This document shows positions 26,301 to 41,764 of a stretch of 64,000 nucleotides of DNA, one piece after another (position 1 is the stretch's first letter; every line of letters starts with the position of its first letter). The position numbers and the translations under genes were made by a program. A model generated the notes under the pieces. It searched no databases and was not told the origin of the DNA. It saw nothing but the letters and a program-made list of their open reading frames with translations. Source of the DNA: Octopus bimaculoides (taxonomy: Eukaryota). The DNA is taken from contig NC_068985.1 of assembly GCF_001194135.2 (NCBI RefSeq), positions 98,079,279 to 98,143,278 of the forward strand, written 5' to 3'.

Positions 26301-29300
26301 TTATTATATTCTTTGTTAGATGCTAAATAATGACAGGAATTGTAGAATGATGCACTTTATTTATATAACTATTTATGACTTTGTCTAGAGGAAACGACAG
26401 TGCTGTATCTGTGACCTTTACAGACCCTCCAAGATGGGTAATTGATATAGTTTGGTGTTCAGTTTGAACTAAATTCTTTGTAATATATATATATATTTTT
26501 TTTTTTTTTGCATTTTTTTTTCTACTTGTTTTAATCATTAAACTGTTGCCATGCTGAGACACTGCCCTGAAGGGTTCAGTCAAATAAATCTATTTATTTT
26601 TTTAAAGTCTGGTTCTTATTCTCTTGGCCTCTTTTGCCAAACTGCTAGGTTACGGGGACATCAGCAGCTCAACACTGGCAGTCAAACAGTGGACACACAT
26701 GCACGTACATACATCCTCACACACATACATCCTCACATACACACACACGCACACACACATCCTCACATACACATACATCCTCACACATACATGCATATGA
26801 ACACACATACACACACAGAGGAGAATCTGGATAAACTGGGATTTTCAGAAAGAGAAATAGACCGGCTAATTCGTACATTACAAGTGCAATCTGTGAGTGG
26901 AACAGTAAAAATATGCAAGACTTCTCAAGTTCCAAATGTGAATTTGTCTGTGTTAACTACACCCCAAAGATGGAGTCTTGTATCTTTGTTGGAAACTGGC
27001 TCCCTCCTCAGTGGAAGATTTATAATAATTAAGAAATAGAAGATACATACATACATACATACATACATACATACATACATACAAGTTGACCTAGGACTAT
27101 AGTAGAAAATACATATCCAAAATACAATCAATACACAATGGGACTGAAGCTGAAATCATATTTACAAAGTGAGTTTCTTAACAACAGAGCCATGTTAAAA
27201 TCCCTCTAGAATTCTAGATCAATAAAACTAGTTCTCATAAGACGCTATAACTAATTTAATTCTATTGAGTAAACCCACTTGCCAACAAATTTATTATTTG
27301 GCATTATTATGAGAAATCTTTATGCATGAAAGAGGAGTAGAACTATAAGTTATAAATTTTATCAGATTTTTATTATCGAAGTAATTAGGTAACTGTTCAA
27401 ATTTGATGATTAAATTTTTTGTGTATGTGGTTATTTTCTGACTTTGAGAATGGCTTTGAAAAATATAGGGAGATGAATTGATAGTCTAATAATAAAATAA
27501 TTTCTCTTAGTGATTTATTTTGTATTAATCCAAGCAGTTTCTGTTTTAGTATGTTTGGTTATAGGTTTTTTCAGGGTAAACTCTTTGAAAGGAATGTGAC
27601 ATCATAGTCAGTATCCAAGGGGGATAATTATACTTGGATAGAACTGCAGCATTGCATTAGTCAGCAAAACCTTTTGAGCTATTCTGTGTCACCCCCACCA
27701 CCACCACATATGCTATATCATCTGTATACTTTGCCAGATAATGTTTGACTCTGTAACATACAGTATCAGTTAGGGCATATTGAGTGTTTTGACACCCTAT
27801 TTACTCTTTTAAATTTGTAGCTACTTATGATTAGTACAGCAAAACTGAATTCCTAGTTGCATGGCAATTTTATTTCCTTGAAATTCACCGGTTAGCATTG
27901 AACATGCATTTTGTGAAAAGCAGCTATAATACTGCTAATAATTTATGTGTGATTTTAGTACTGTAACTTCAGAGGGTTGATACCTCTCATGGCAATATCG
28001 TTATATTCAGTCTGGGAAGAAAAAGAATCATCTTAATTTTATGACTCCCTCTAGGTTCTGTTAAAGCAGTGGTTCTCAACCAGGGATCCATATAATATTT
28101 TGTGGGGTCCACACCACAAAATAGTAAATTGGGGATCCACAATAGTATTTTAAGGGCCCCTGAGAAAATTTTGCTCTAGATGCATGTATTGCAAAAAACT
28201 GCTGGGTTCCTTTCTCTAACATTTTGCATAGTTCAACCTAGACATGTTAATGTGTGTAAAACAAAATAGGAATTTTGAAAAGAAGTTTCTATAAAACTAG
28301 GTTTTGAACCTGAAATGACTATGGGGTCAACCAGAATAAAATAATACTCAAAGGGGTCCATAGATAAAACATGGTTGAGAGCTCCTGTGTTAAAGAGAGA
28401 CTTAGAAGAGATTTAACACTTGCTATTACCAGGAATGTGGCACAAGTGAATCTAAAGATAAAGCTTTTGGTACTTTGGCTGTGATTTTGAAAAACAGTCT
28501 TGAATATATCCATGAGATGAGTATCTAAATGTTATTAGATACTTTAAACATAAATTTGAGATAGAAAGGTATATCAGACCGCTTAACAATGTGTTGCACT
28601 CATAACTGGCTTTCCAGGTTACCAAATATACTGCAGAACGCCATCTGCTATCCCATCTTCTCAAATTATGTATTCTAAATTATCTCATATCATTTACATG
28701 AAAATCTCAGCAGTTAATTTATAATTTGATACAGTAGGTTATTTTTCATTGTAAACATCAAGCCATGGACACGTTGGTATGTTGAACTTTAGTTGAAGCT
28801 TTTAGAGATAGAATCAGAGATAAAACAAAAGATTTATGGTATTTAATTTAAACTGGAAAAGCAGGTATTCTGTATATATTATTAGGTCACTCAAATGTTT
28901 ACCAGCTAACATATGTCCTTTGTGTCCAATTTGTGGACACATCTCCCTCCCAAACTGGGGCTTAAAGCATTCAGTATCTTTTACATTAAAATCTTATTAG
29001 TTAATTCAGCTTTTAAAAATAGAAAGTTTTGAGTTGCAACACTGTTATCAGAATACTTTTTCTTAACTGCTTAATATTTACTTTCAAACCTAAATAGTAA
29101 TTTCTAGTCTATCAGGTTAATAAATGCTTTTAGAAATGAGGAGCGTTTTACATTTAGATACCTATTTTTAAAAAAATTTTTTTTTTTCATATAAATACAT
29201 ATCTTTTAATATTCTGAATATAAATTACGACTTGTTTTTTTTTTCTTTTTTAGTTTTAGATAAATTCCCACTGCAATTAGAATGTAGCCATGCTGGAACT

Positions 29301-32300
29301 TGAGGGATTTTTCATTGATTATATTAACACCAATGCAAATTTCAGTTTGGTGTTTATTTTAAAAATCTCCGGTTAAATATCCTTTGGTGTGTAGTGACAC
29401 AACACTAATTTAAACTAGACAAGCATTAACACAAATCTAAATACATTATCCTCCTCACCATCATGTTACTTTATTATGTTAGTATTGGATTGGGTGGGTC
29501 TTCTGAGTCACCTTCTGTGATAAGTAGGGACGTGGTGTACCTCTTCTAATTCTGGCGTGTGTGTGTGTGTGTGTGTGTGTTTGTGTATATGTCTGTGCTT
29601 CTCTGAAAATTGCTGGTAATGTTTTTGTCATCTCCCCCCACTGTCAACAAGGTGGCAAGAATCGTTAGCACACCAGGTGTAATGCTTAGTGATATTTCAT
29701 CTGCCCTTACATTCTGAGGCTGACTTTGCCTTTAATCCTTTTTGGGGTAGTCAAAATAAGTGCCAGTTAAGCACTGGGGTCAATGTAATTGATTTAACTA
29801 CTCCTGGGGTAAGAGTATAAAATAAATGCACCCCTCTGCCAAGCTATGTCAAGCCAGTGTTGCAGAGTAGGTGCATCAAACCAGTATGACTCGAAGCTCA
29901 AATTCGTGGCCTCAACGTCAGACTGTGGTTGGTGGAGGGAACATGCTGAGGCCTTCGTCCTGCAGTGTGCAATCCAATCCAGTTCCAATCCTCTGTCAAC
30001 AAATGGGCTGCCAGCATTCCACTTTTGAAGACCTGTGGAATTAAAAGACCCTTTACTTGAAAAGCAGGGAGAGTTAGTAAGAGGAAAGACATTCAATTAT
30101 AAAACCATTCTTCAATAAATTATTCATCAAGGTGGTGCTCCAGCATGGCTGCAGTCAAAGGACTGAAACAAGTAAAAGTAAAAGAATAACCCATGTTAAG
30201 ATGGAAAAACAGATATATAAATGAAAACACACACACACACACATTCATGCTTGGATGCGTGCACATGCGCACAGACACCTATGCACACAGCAAGGGCTTT
30301 TGTGTTGTTTCTGTCTTCTAAATTCCACTCCCAATATATTAGTCAACATGAGGTTCCCAATAGAAGATAATTTCTCATAGTACCTGATGTTATTGAACCC
30401 AGAATCAAGTAATTGTAAAGCTAACCTCTTAGCCACATGACTGTGCCTGATTTTTTTCAGTTATAATTTTGCAATATTATGATTGATTGATATTTTGATT
30501 TATTTTAGATGGATTGCTACTCTTTCGCTGTTCAGTGTTCATGCTTTAATAAGCCTCTTGCTGCTTATTGGGATGCTGACTTGTTCCCGTTGTTTGTTGA
30601 TATTGTAAGTATTCACAAATAAGTGTTATAATTTGCTTGAAGCTTTTGTAATGTGTAAATGATATATATGTATTGAAATCACCTTTAAACAATGCATAGG
30701 GGAAAAGTTAGTGAAAATATATGTGTGTGTGTATGTATCATCATTTATTTAATGCTTCTGTTATATTTTGGAAAAGATCCCCACTTAGGAAATATTAGAA
30801 AGAAAACAATCCAAGTGCCTGAACACTTTTTCTCTGTAATCTTGAGTTATTTTCTTTTTTTATATTTGATAAGGAGAATCTTTGCCGAAATATAATAGAA
30901 GCATTAAACAAATGATGATAGACACACACACACACACACACACAAGCACAGATACATAAGCACACACATAAATTTGTATGTTTGTTTGCAGCTGTGATTG
31001 CTCGTATAGTGTAGCAAGGGATATTGTTTGTTGTCAGTTTCTCCTGTCAACAAATCATTTGATCACTTTGTGCATTTGATGCCACATATTTCATTAGAGA
31101 TCTCTTCCTTGTGAAAAAAAAAAAAAAAAAAAAAGAATGAATTAGAATCACAAAGGATAGTTGACTGAATACTATGCTTTAGAAAGCATATTTGTCCAAC
31201 CCATGCAAGCATGGAAAAGCAGACATTAAAAATGAATGAATAATCTCCAGTGTGCCATGAAGTTTAAAGAAATCAAGAACTACTGAGTTAGAGTTATGGA
31301 ATTTTATCAGTCACCTCAATAAACTCCAAGATTAATGAGTAGGATGGTATGAGAGTTAATGTTCACTAGACCAGAAATAAGATTGAAGTCAGTCTGAGTT
31401 CAGTGAAGGATAGAACTATTAAATCACTGATTACTTTAGCTATAGAATAGCAGTCAACCAGTTCCTAGTTAGTTTATTCAGTGTGGGCACAGACTTGGAA
31501 AGAATGTGTCACTTAGATTAGTAGCTTGTAATTAAACTTTAAGAGATATAAATAAGGGTCATAAGAAAGTAATTTTTTGGAAACTGGTATGAAAATTAGG
31601 ATGTTCTTTTGAAACAGAACTTGTAGTCGGAAATAAAAGCAGTATTTTAACATCTATGGTTATATATTTTTTATTTATTTGGTATTGCAATTTGTGAATA
31701 ATAGCACTGTTGGTTACACAGAAATTTTGATCATGAGTGTGACATGGGACCTGGAAATACATGGTTGCGAAGCAAACTGCTATGCTTGCACCCAGGTGTA
31801 GGGCTAACCAAATAATGAAACAAATGATTCAATTTTAGTTTTGTATTAACATAAAGTTAGTTAGTGATATTTATAATGTTCAGCAAGACAGAAACTCATG
31901 TAGTTTCAGAATGTGTTGAAGGGGAAACTTAGAGATATCTTGGATAGTAAGGCATTTTGAAATACGATGCATTAAAGTGTATACTGGAAAGAGTGTGGGT
32001 GTGTGTGAGTAATCGTGTGTATACAATGCCTTCCTTTCAAGTATTTGTAGTGTTTTGCAGCTCATGAGTATAGGTAATGGCATGTTTCTGGTTTCACCCT
32101 CCAATCTGGATGATCAACTACACAAATTACCTGTGGGGAAACCTGCTTAATGAGGGCATGAGTCTTTACTGCAGATGTGGGTAGCTAATTCCATATTTTG
32201 ATTATTCAGAGTGTGAAGTACTGGGCTTGCAAAGAGTGGGTCCCGGGACCGATTTGCTCGATTGAAGGCGGTGCTCCAGCATGGCCACAGTCAAATGACT

Positions 32301-35300
32301 GAAACAAGTAAGAGTATAAGTATATATGCATGTTCGTGTGTGTGTGTGTGTAATGACACACACACACACAGACACACATACACACCTATGTGTATGTACA
32401 TATATTCCATAGCCATCACTCATGAGTATGACTTGACGGCATGTACCAAGGTTTTGGTAACTGTTTTCGGTTCCCACATAGTCATGAAAAGACAGAGAAA
32501 CACTCCTGGTATTCCTACTCTTGACCTAAAAGAATATGAAGGACATGACAGCTGGTGGGTGTGAGAGTTGCTGTAGTATTTGTCTCGCACACATTTCCAA
32601 CTGCGTACACTGGAGCAACATGAAATGAAAGTTCTTGTTGAAGAACACAAGATGTCGCCACATGCAGGATTTGAACGCACCACCCCATGATTGTGAACCC
32701 AACAGCCTGGACCCTGGCCACTGGGCCATATTTGAAGATATGTAGTTGAAGTAAAGGAAAGGTATCTCTTATCTTTTCCTTTTAGTTGTTTCCGTCACTG
32801 CATCGCAGCAATGCAGGAGTACTGCACTGCTTGCAGGGGTCATTCGCATATAGTGACCATATACTTTTTCTTTTTTTTTTAAAGTCTGGTACTTATTCCA
32901 TTAGTTTCTTTTGCCAAACCACTAAGTTACAGAGACTTAAACAAAGCAATATTGTCAAGTGGTTGGGGACACAAACACAAGACTACAGACACAAAAGCAC
33001 ACACAGATACACACACACATGCACTCAAAACATTTCTTCGAAATTGAACCAAATTCGATGACTGGCACCCATGCCAACCTTCCTTCATTGGACACTAAAC
33101 TCAGCTTGCGAAGACCTGTTGGGGCAAGTGAGATTGAAACTGAACCAAATTCGATGAATGGCACCCATGCCAGTGGAGCGCTAACAGCACCATCCGAGCG
33201 GGATCACTGCCAGAACAGCAGTCTCGCTTCTGTGCCAGTGGCACGTAAAAAGCACCATTTGAGCGCGATCATTTCCAGCTTCGCCTTACTGGCACTTGTG
33301 CTGGTAGCATGTGAACAAAACATTGGACTGACTCCTGTGCAGGTGGCACGTAAAAAGCACCCACTACGCTCTCGGAGTGCTTGGCGTTAGGAAGGGCATC
33401 CAGCTGTAGAAACTCAGATTGGAGTCTGGTGTAGCCATCTGGTTCGCCAGTCCCCAGTCAAATCGTCCAACCCATGCTAGCATGGAAAGCGGACGTTAAA
33501 TGATGATGATGATGTAAAAATGTTTCTGAAAGTCATGGATACTGTGCTGATTTTTATGATTTCTATAAGCATGTCCATGAATGGTAAAGGTATTGAAATC
33601 AAACATTTTGTTTCAAATTTGCTCAAAATTATCAAAACACAGGCTGGTTTTATTTATTTTTTTTTTTTTCTAAACCAACCTGTGTTTTAATAAGGTTAAT
33701 TTTCATTGTTACTTTCATTTAAATAAAGCTTTGAGCAAATCATTGCTTGATGTTTAGTTAAACTTTTTATGATCGTTTTCACTTTTACTTTTTCTTTAAG
33801 AGTTACGCACCCAAAAATTTTTACCTAGTTAGGTCATATTTATTTTCATTAAAGTCAAAAGCTAACATGCTTCTTCAATCAGCTTGTTTATATATGAGCA
33901 AAAATCTAAAATAGATTTTGTGGTGTAGGCTTGACAAGTAGTGCATGAGAAGAGTAACATAGTGCACTATAGAGCTTATGAATATACTTTTAGCATTGTT
34001 CCATGTTGCTTTGTAGTTTTAAGCCATTATGTAACCCACAAAGGTGACAAGCTAGCAGAAATGTTAGCACACCAAGCGAAATGCTTAGCAATATCTTGTC
34101 TGTCTTTACATTCTGAGTTCAAATACTGCCGAAGTCGACTTTGCTTTTCATCCTTTCGGGGTCGATAAATTAAGTACCAGTTGTGTACTGGGGTTGATCT
34201 AATCGACTAGTCCCCTCCCCCAAAATTTCAGGCCTTGTGCCTACAGTAGAAAAGAAATGCTTAGTGGTATTTTGTCTGTCTTTATGTTCTGAGTTCAAAT
34301 TCTGCTGAGGTCAACTTTGCCTTTCATCCTTTCAGGGTCGATAAATTAAGTACCAGTTGCATACTGGGGTTGATATAATCGACTGGTCCCACTCCCCTGA
34401 AAATTTTGGGCCTTGTGCATAGAGTAGAAAAGATTATCTGACCCACATGCATAGTACATAGTTGAAAAAGACATTAGTCTTTCTTCTACAATTTAAGATG
34501 TGAATGGGTGATTTAAGATTTGGCTGTTATTTCTAGCTTGTCAAATTGCCATAGAGAGACTATGAGAGAGACTATGTCTAGCAGTTTGAGCTACTGTGGA
34601 CTGGTGTTAGTGATTACTGAAACAACAAGAAAATCTTAAACAAACAAGAAAATAAATAAGAGACAAGTAGTAGTAGTAGTAGTAGTAGTCTTTGTTGTTA
34701 TTTCTTGATTGTGCAAATCTATAGTCAAATGCATTCCATTCATTCCCGACCATCTCCAGCTCTGTGTGTATTTAAGACTACAGTATCCAATATTGGGTCT
34801 TCCTTCTGTTTTTTTTTCTTCTTGAGGGGAAAATGGTTGTTACTTCTAGCTATTCAATGGATCATGCAGGGGTTCCCTAAATGAATTGTGTCAAGTGATC
34901 GATTACTAATCTTGACAACTGTTAAAAAATAATTATCTGTGTTAATGAGAAGCAGTAATCGTTATCCCTGTCATCTTACATGTTGATACTTTATTTCTTG
35001 TCTCCTTACAGCTGCGTATTGTTCGGGTGCCTGGCTCTGATGTTAATCTGGATTGGTGGAGGGCTTTATCTTGGAACTGCTGTGGTAAGTTACTCTTTAT
35101 CTCTTTAACCCTTTCGTTACTGTATTTATTTTGAGATGCTCCATGTTTCTTTCAATTACTTTAACCCTTGAGTGTTCACATTATTCTGCCAAAATTAATG
35201 CTTTTTCATCCACATTGTTTTGAACTAATCATGCATTATCTTGTAGCTATGAGATTTTGATGAGGTAGCTGTTAATTTTTAAAACGATATTGTAGGGCTG

Positions 35301-36654
35301 GTGTGAGAGACCAGATCTGGTCAGTTTGAAGATAAAACAGGCAGAATACTTTTGGCCAGATATGGCCGGTTTAAATGCTAAAGGGTTAAATATAACAAAG
35401 AATTTAGTAAAATAACTTGGTTATCATGAAGCTAGTGTTAAGAACTTAAATTGTGACTAAGGCTTGGTGGAAGGTCTTGATTTAGAACTTATGAAAACAA
35501 GACTTTTGTACTACAGAGCCAGAGCCGGTTTCAGCTGGGTTGGTAACGAAAGGATTAAAGTATTTTCTATCTAAACATTGTAGGCCAGGTCTCCTTTGGT
35601 TTGGTCTGATGTCTCCATCGAATTAATATGATAATTATTTCATCCGCTTTCATTTTAACCCTCTTTTTTCTTTTTCCTCCCTCTCACTTTCTTCCTTTTA
35701 AATTTTTCTTCTCCCTCCCTTATTGCCTTTCTCTATTTCTTCTCTCTTATCACCTTTCCTTTGTCACTTCTGGCTTACCTTAATAAATCTCATCTCTCTC
35801 TTCCACTGTCTCCTGTTGCTCATCCCCCTTGTCTATCTCCATTCCCCCTACTTTTTCCTCTTTACACCCCCTCCGTGTCCCCCCCTCCCAACAGTCCCTC
35901 ACATTTTCCATTTATTTCCATTTTTCTCTATCTACACTTCTTTCTGACAGACAGTAGTCCAATCACTTTCAAATCACATTTCCCCATCTTAAAAAAATGT
36001 AACATACATTGGATAAGTTACTTTTTGAAACACCAGTCTTCTTGAAACACTGGTTGTTCATGGTTGGAATAACTTTGATCAAACATCTANNNNNNNNNNN
36101 NNNNNNNNNNNNNNNNNNNNNNNNNNNNNNNNNNNNNNNNNNNNNNNNNNNNNNNNNNNNNNNNNNNNNNNNNNNNNNNNNNNNNNNNNNNNNNNNNNNN
36201 NNNNNNNNNNNNNNNNNNNNNNNNNNNNNNNNNNNNNNNNNNNNNNNNNNNNNNNNNNNNNNNNNNNNNNNNNNNNNNNNNNNNNNNNNNNNNNNNNNNN
36301 NNNNNNNNNNNNNNNNNNNNNNNNNNNNNNNNNNNNNNNNNNNNNNNNNNNNNNNNNNNNNNNNNNNNNNNNNNNNNNNNNNNNNNNNNNNNNNNNNNNN
36401 NNNNNNNNNNNNNNNNNNNNNNNNNNNNNNNNNNNNNNNNNNNNNNNNNNNNNNNNNNNNNNNNNNNNNNNNNNNNNNNNNNNNNNNNNNNNNNNNNNNN
36501 NNNNNNNNNNNNNNNNNNNNNNNNNNNNNNNNNNNNNNNNNNNNNNNNNNNNNNNNNNNNNNNNNNNNNNNNNNNNNNNNNCTCTCTCTCTCCTCTCTGT
36601 TTTTCTGTCTCATAAATTTTGTCTTCTCTTTTTCTCTCTCATACATATACACTC

Positions 36655-36692
<38 letters not shown>

Positions 36693-39600
36693 CTACACTC
36701 TCTTTGTCTCTCTTTCTCCCTCTCTCATACACATGCACAATATATTTGTCTTTCTCTCCCAGATACATACTTTCACTGTTGCAGTCTCCTATATTTGTCG
36801 AGCAGTGTAACATAATTAGATTTTTCAACTGAGAATGTCACCACTCTTTACATTTACTTAAATATCATTTCCCATGGTTCGTTGATGGAGTTTGGCAATC
36901 CTACAGATATTGTGTCAGGATTAATTAACTATAATTTAGTCTATTTCCTTTTACTTCATATCTTCTTCCCCTCTCTCTTCTACATTTATGTCATTGCCTA
37001 ACTTGCGAATCAAAAATGCATAGGTAGGTAAGATAGGTTATGTCATGCCCTATACATATACTTGTAGATTTTCTGAGGAAGCAAGAAGACAAAACCTTGC
37101 AGCCATCATGCTGGAACCTCATGGATCTTTTAGGTGTTTTCAACTTAGTCAATACCATATTTAGCTATGTTAAACTCATGTTATGATTTGGTAAAAAAAG
37201 GGTAAAGACTCACATCGGTCATGTATGACCATGGGATTGCACCCAAAAAGTTCCCTTTCGAGGTACAAGTCCGAGCAAGGTTGTTTATGGAAGACCAGCA
37301 GTCGCCCATGCATAATAGCCTACCCTCTCCATGCCACAGATGTTATCCAAGGGAAAGGACAATATAGCTTGGCACCAGTGAAGTTGCAACTCATTTCTAC
37401 AGCTGAGGGAACTGGAGCAACAGAAAATAGTCTTGTCCTTCTCAAGAGCACAACACACAACCTGGTCTGGGAATTGAACTCACTGTCCCATGATTGTAAG
37501 CCTGAAGATCTAACCACTGAGCCATGGACCTTCACATTATGATTGTGAATCCATGATTCAGTAATGTCTAGATTATCCATCTTATGGTCTTTTGGTTAAT
37601 TTGAAATATGTAATTGGTAAAATTTACCCTTTACATTATTAACTTGGAGCTATAATCCCATGAATTGCCACTAATTACTTAATATTTTTGCACTGAAGGT
37701 ATACTACCTTCAATAATTCCATACTACCTTCAAAAATTCTTACTTGATCATGTTGACTACAAAATATATTTCAGTTTGGTTGTGTATGTGAAATTTTTAT
37801 GTTCCTATCTTTAAAATCTCAATTTTTATTTTTTTTTCTCCTTTTCCCAGGATTTTGGTGACCTTTGCGTCAACCCTGATAATTATGTAAAGCAGCAAAC
37901 CAGTGCAAACATGGAAGCTAGTAAGTAAATGATGATATTGTTGTCTTTATTTCAGATTGTATCATATTTTCTTAAAACTATATTCAGACAATATATCTGA
38001 GACAAACTGTATTTTTCTTTCTTTAAACAGAAGTCCTTAATGCTTATTTGAAATGCACTGATATTCGAGAACCATTTGCAGAGGTAAGTGGATAGGGTAG
38101 TTCATTAGACCATAGCTAGAATCCATACAACCTACATATTTTTAGAATTTAATTTCTTTTCTCTAATTTCTATTTTTAATTCCTTCTACTTTGTCTTTTT
38201 AATGTATATTCTGTCATAATTCACAATAAAATAAAATATCTATTTTATTAACATATTAAAATTTCTTTGCCAATGATCAATCTTAACTTGCTGACGACCA
38301 CTTTTCTGCATAACTCTCTAAAGCCAAAACAGAAGTTTTGAAATTGACTGTCTTTAGTAACTCATGTATGCTGTTGACCAGATTCTTCTAGCTGCATCAT
38401 GTAGAAGACTTAAAGAAATTCTTGACATGAAAGCCTAGAATCAAGAGATCTCAAAATAAACTTGGCAGAGGCTAAAGTTCTAGTGAGTATGACAGATGAC
38501 CCTACTGCTATCAACAAAATGTCTAAGTTTAATTTGCAGAAAAGAGACGAGGTGAAAATACGATATGGTGTATTCAGCATAAATGATGGCTGCACAAAAT
38601 GTGTAGTGGAATCATAGGCAGACTGACAGAGAAAGTACACTTTATATGTGACAGACACACAAGAGCAGTCAGCAGAAGCAAATTATTTCAAATACCTGGA
38701 AGACTCCTTAGAAGTAGCTGAAAGCTGTTATTACCTATGAGCTGTTATTATCTATTTTAGTGTAGGTGGATGTTCTGAATACATAGTAACCAAAGTAAAA
38801 ATGGAGTTGGATAAAGGTTAAGAAAGCTATTACCTCTGCTGATAACAAAACTTTTTCTTTTTATCAGAATGAAGGGTGAATGATATAATGCTTCAGTATA
38901 ATGTGCAATACAATCTGGTAATAAAATGTTGGCTTTGAATGCAAAAGATTTGCAAAAACTTGAAAATAAATCTGCCAGGTTATTCTAGTGGATGTGTAAA
39001 GTCAGTGTGCATAAATAATAGAGCAGAAACAAGAAAAAAATCTAGAAATGAGAGTAATGAAAATGCAGTTTGCAAGAGAGAAGACTGCATTGGTACAGGC
39101 ATGTAGTGTGTATGGAAGATGTCAACTGTATAAAGAAGTGCCATGTGGTAGTGAAAGACATAAAGGGATATGATGAAGATTAATCTTAAGAAGTTGAAAA
39201 TCATGAGTGAGATAACAGAAGACTCTAATACAGGTGTAATCGGTAGAAGATTTTACTCTTTTTCTATATTTCATTCATACGTTATCATTGAAAATAAAGT
39301 GACTTTTTCTTATTATGCAAGTTACTTGGTGACCTCACTAGTGCTAGTAGCATGGAAAACAAGTACCCAGTACACCCTGTACAGTGGTTGGTGTTAGAAA
39401 GGACACCCAGCTATAGAAACCATGGCTAATCTGACATCTGAGCTTGACACATCCCTGCAGCCCAATGGGTTCTATCAAACCAACCAACCCATGCCAGCTT
39501 GGAAAACCGACACTAAATGATGGTGATTTTTAATGTGAAGGACATTGACTAATATAAGTGCTAATATGTGACAGAAAAGGTCAACAGACCTACTGACAGG

Positions 39601-41733
39601 ATACAAATCACAATTACAATGGCAGGAAAAATGCTTTATAATATTTAATTTGGTAAGAGAGAATTGAAGGCACTCTATAGAGTAGTCAGAAATGTGATCG
39701 TTTGGCAAGCAATATGTATATATTGTTTGTATCTGTCAGTGGGCTTGTTGCTCTTTTAAGTCTCAAATTCATGTTTAGAAGGTTTGTCCTTCTATTTCAT
39801 CTCTTGTTTTCAAATACACACACGCACAAGTAAATGGACAGATGTTAATTCTATGAACATCATCCTTCTCTTTTAAAATTTTACTCATGTAACTTACAGA
39901 AAAGAAAATAAAGAATTATGTTCAGTTATTTCATGGCGTCTGCTGTAATACGATAGTTGTTTCTCTGTGAAGTGCTTTTGCAAAATATTTTCATTTCTGC
40001 ACAGAGCCATTTCCTTTCATTCATATCAATAATGTATTTGATAATGGCATGAATATTAAAAGAAGGTGACACCCCTGCCCTGTTCTCCTCTCAAAAATTA
40101 AAAACTTTACGTTTTAGTGACAACTAACTTGTTTGTGCTTGCATGAAATGATCTTTATTCACCGAATTGCTTAAAATAAATTTGCTTAAGATAAATTTTA
40201 CTTAAAATAGATTTCCTTAAAAACAAATCTACTATGAATTAATTTATAAAATAAAACAAAACAAAACAAACTGATCAATGAAAAACTTTTATATTCATGT
40301 TGTGAAATTAAGAGAATTTTTAATTGAAAATTATATAAGAAATAAAAACAAGAACATATATGAATATAGAATTTGAATAAAACAGATTTAGCTTGGTATA
40401 TTTATATACTTAGGTTTGATAAGTTATTTATCTATGTATTCATATGTTTTAAGAACAAGTTACATTTTAATTTTTTATTTTTGGCTCTACCATGTTTAAT
40501 ATTCTACCATGTTTAATATCTCTTCCTATCCTTCTGTAGTTGATAAAATTTAGCACAAGTTAAATATTGGAGTTAGTTTCAACTAATTATTCCTGTTAAG
40601 GAATGTGGCCTAGTGATTACAATGTTGCAAAGGCAGCAAGCTAGCAGAAACATTAGCACGCTGAGCGAAATGCTTAGCGGTATTTCGTCTGTTTTTACGT
40701 TCTGAGTTCAAATTCCGCCGAGGTCAGCTTTGCCTTTTATCCTTTCGGGGTCGATGAATTAAGTATCAGTTGCTTACTGGGGTTGATCTAATCGACTGGT
40801 CCCCTCCCTCAAATTTTCAGACCTTGTGCCTTGAGTAGAAAAGATTAAGATGTTGCACTCCTGATCATAATATCATGGTTTTTATTCCCAGACCAGGCAG
40901 TGCTTTGTGTTCTTGAGCAAAGCAATTCATTTCATGTTACTCTAGTACACTCAACTGTAAATAAGTTCCAGCAATTGCTTGGAAGTTAATTCTGTAATAG
41001 ACTGCCATCCTGTTTAGGGAGGACTCTTGTAATCTCAGTCAGTTAAAAACCATGAAAACTAGGCTAACCTTATGAGACATAGGGCTCATGACAGAATTCA
41101 GTCTAAATATGTTTAATCCCTCCCCTGAAATGTTTAAAATTGTGGCCTAGTGTCCATGTTGAAATTGTCATTTTATATCTTTGAATACTGCTCAAGTGTT
41201 CCTCCAATATTCATAACTCTTATGAAATATCTTTTTATATTAACCTTTTTTTCAAAAATTTCTTTCAAAACCATTTTTATATTTTGTGTGTTTGTGTATT
41301 CCTTTGTGCAATTTTAAAACCAAGGAATATCTTGTTGATAAACAGTTTAAACCTAAGTGCTTTATGGAACATGAATTGCTATGTCAAATGCTGTTTCCAG
41401 ATTCTGAGGGCATGCTGTTACTGGACTTTGTACACAATGCTGTAGGTACTCAATGCTGCATGATTTTGCAAATGCACCATTATTTGAAACCACAAAACAA
41501 AGTGGGAAGGACCTGAACCCCCTTCCAATTTATTCTGTTGAATAGATATAATTTTCTGAATCATGTTATTTATGTATATTTCTTGTCTTTGTTTCCTTCT
41601 AGAAATACAATGCTGCTCTCTCTGCTATTGTCCGTGCCAACAGTACTTTAAGTGAGGCACTATACATGGCTTCACCCTACAACATGGGTAGTAAGGTTAG
41701 TTTTTATTTTCTTATCTTACGTCTTGTACTTTG

Positions 41734-41764
<31 letters not shown>

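Noticed and set aside
35969-36815. 227- and 268-aa ORFs
   Set aside because: Almost entirely an N-gap plus (CT)/(CA) repeats.
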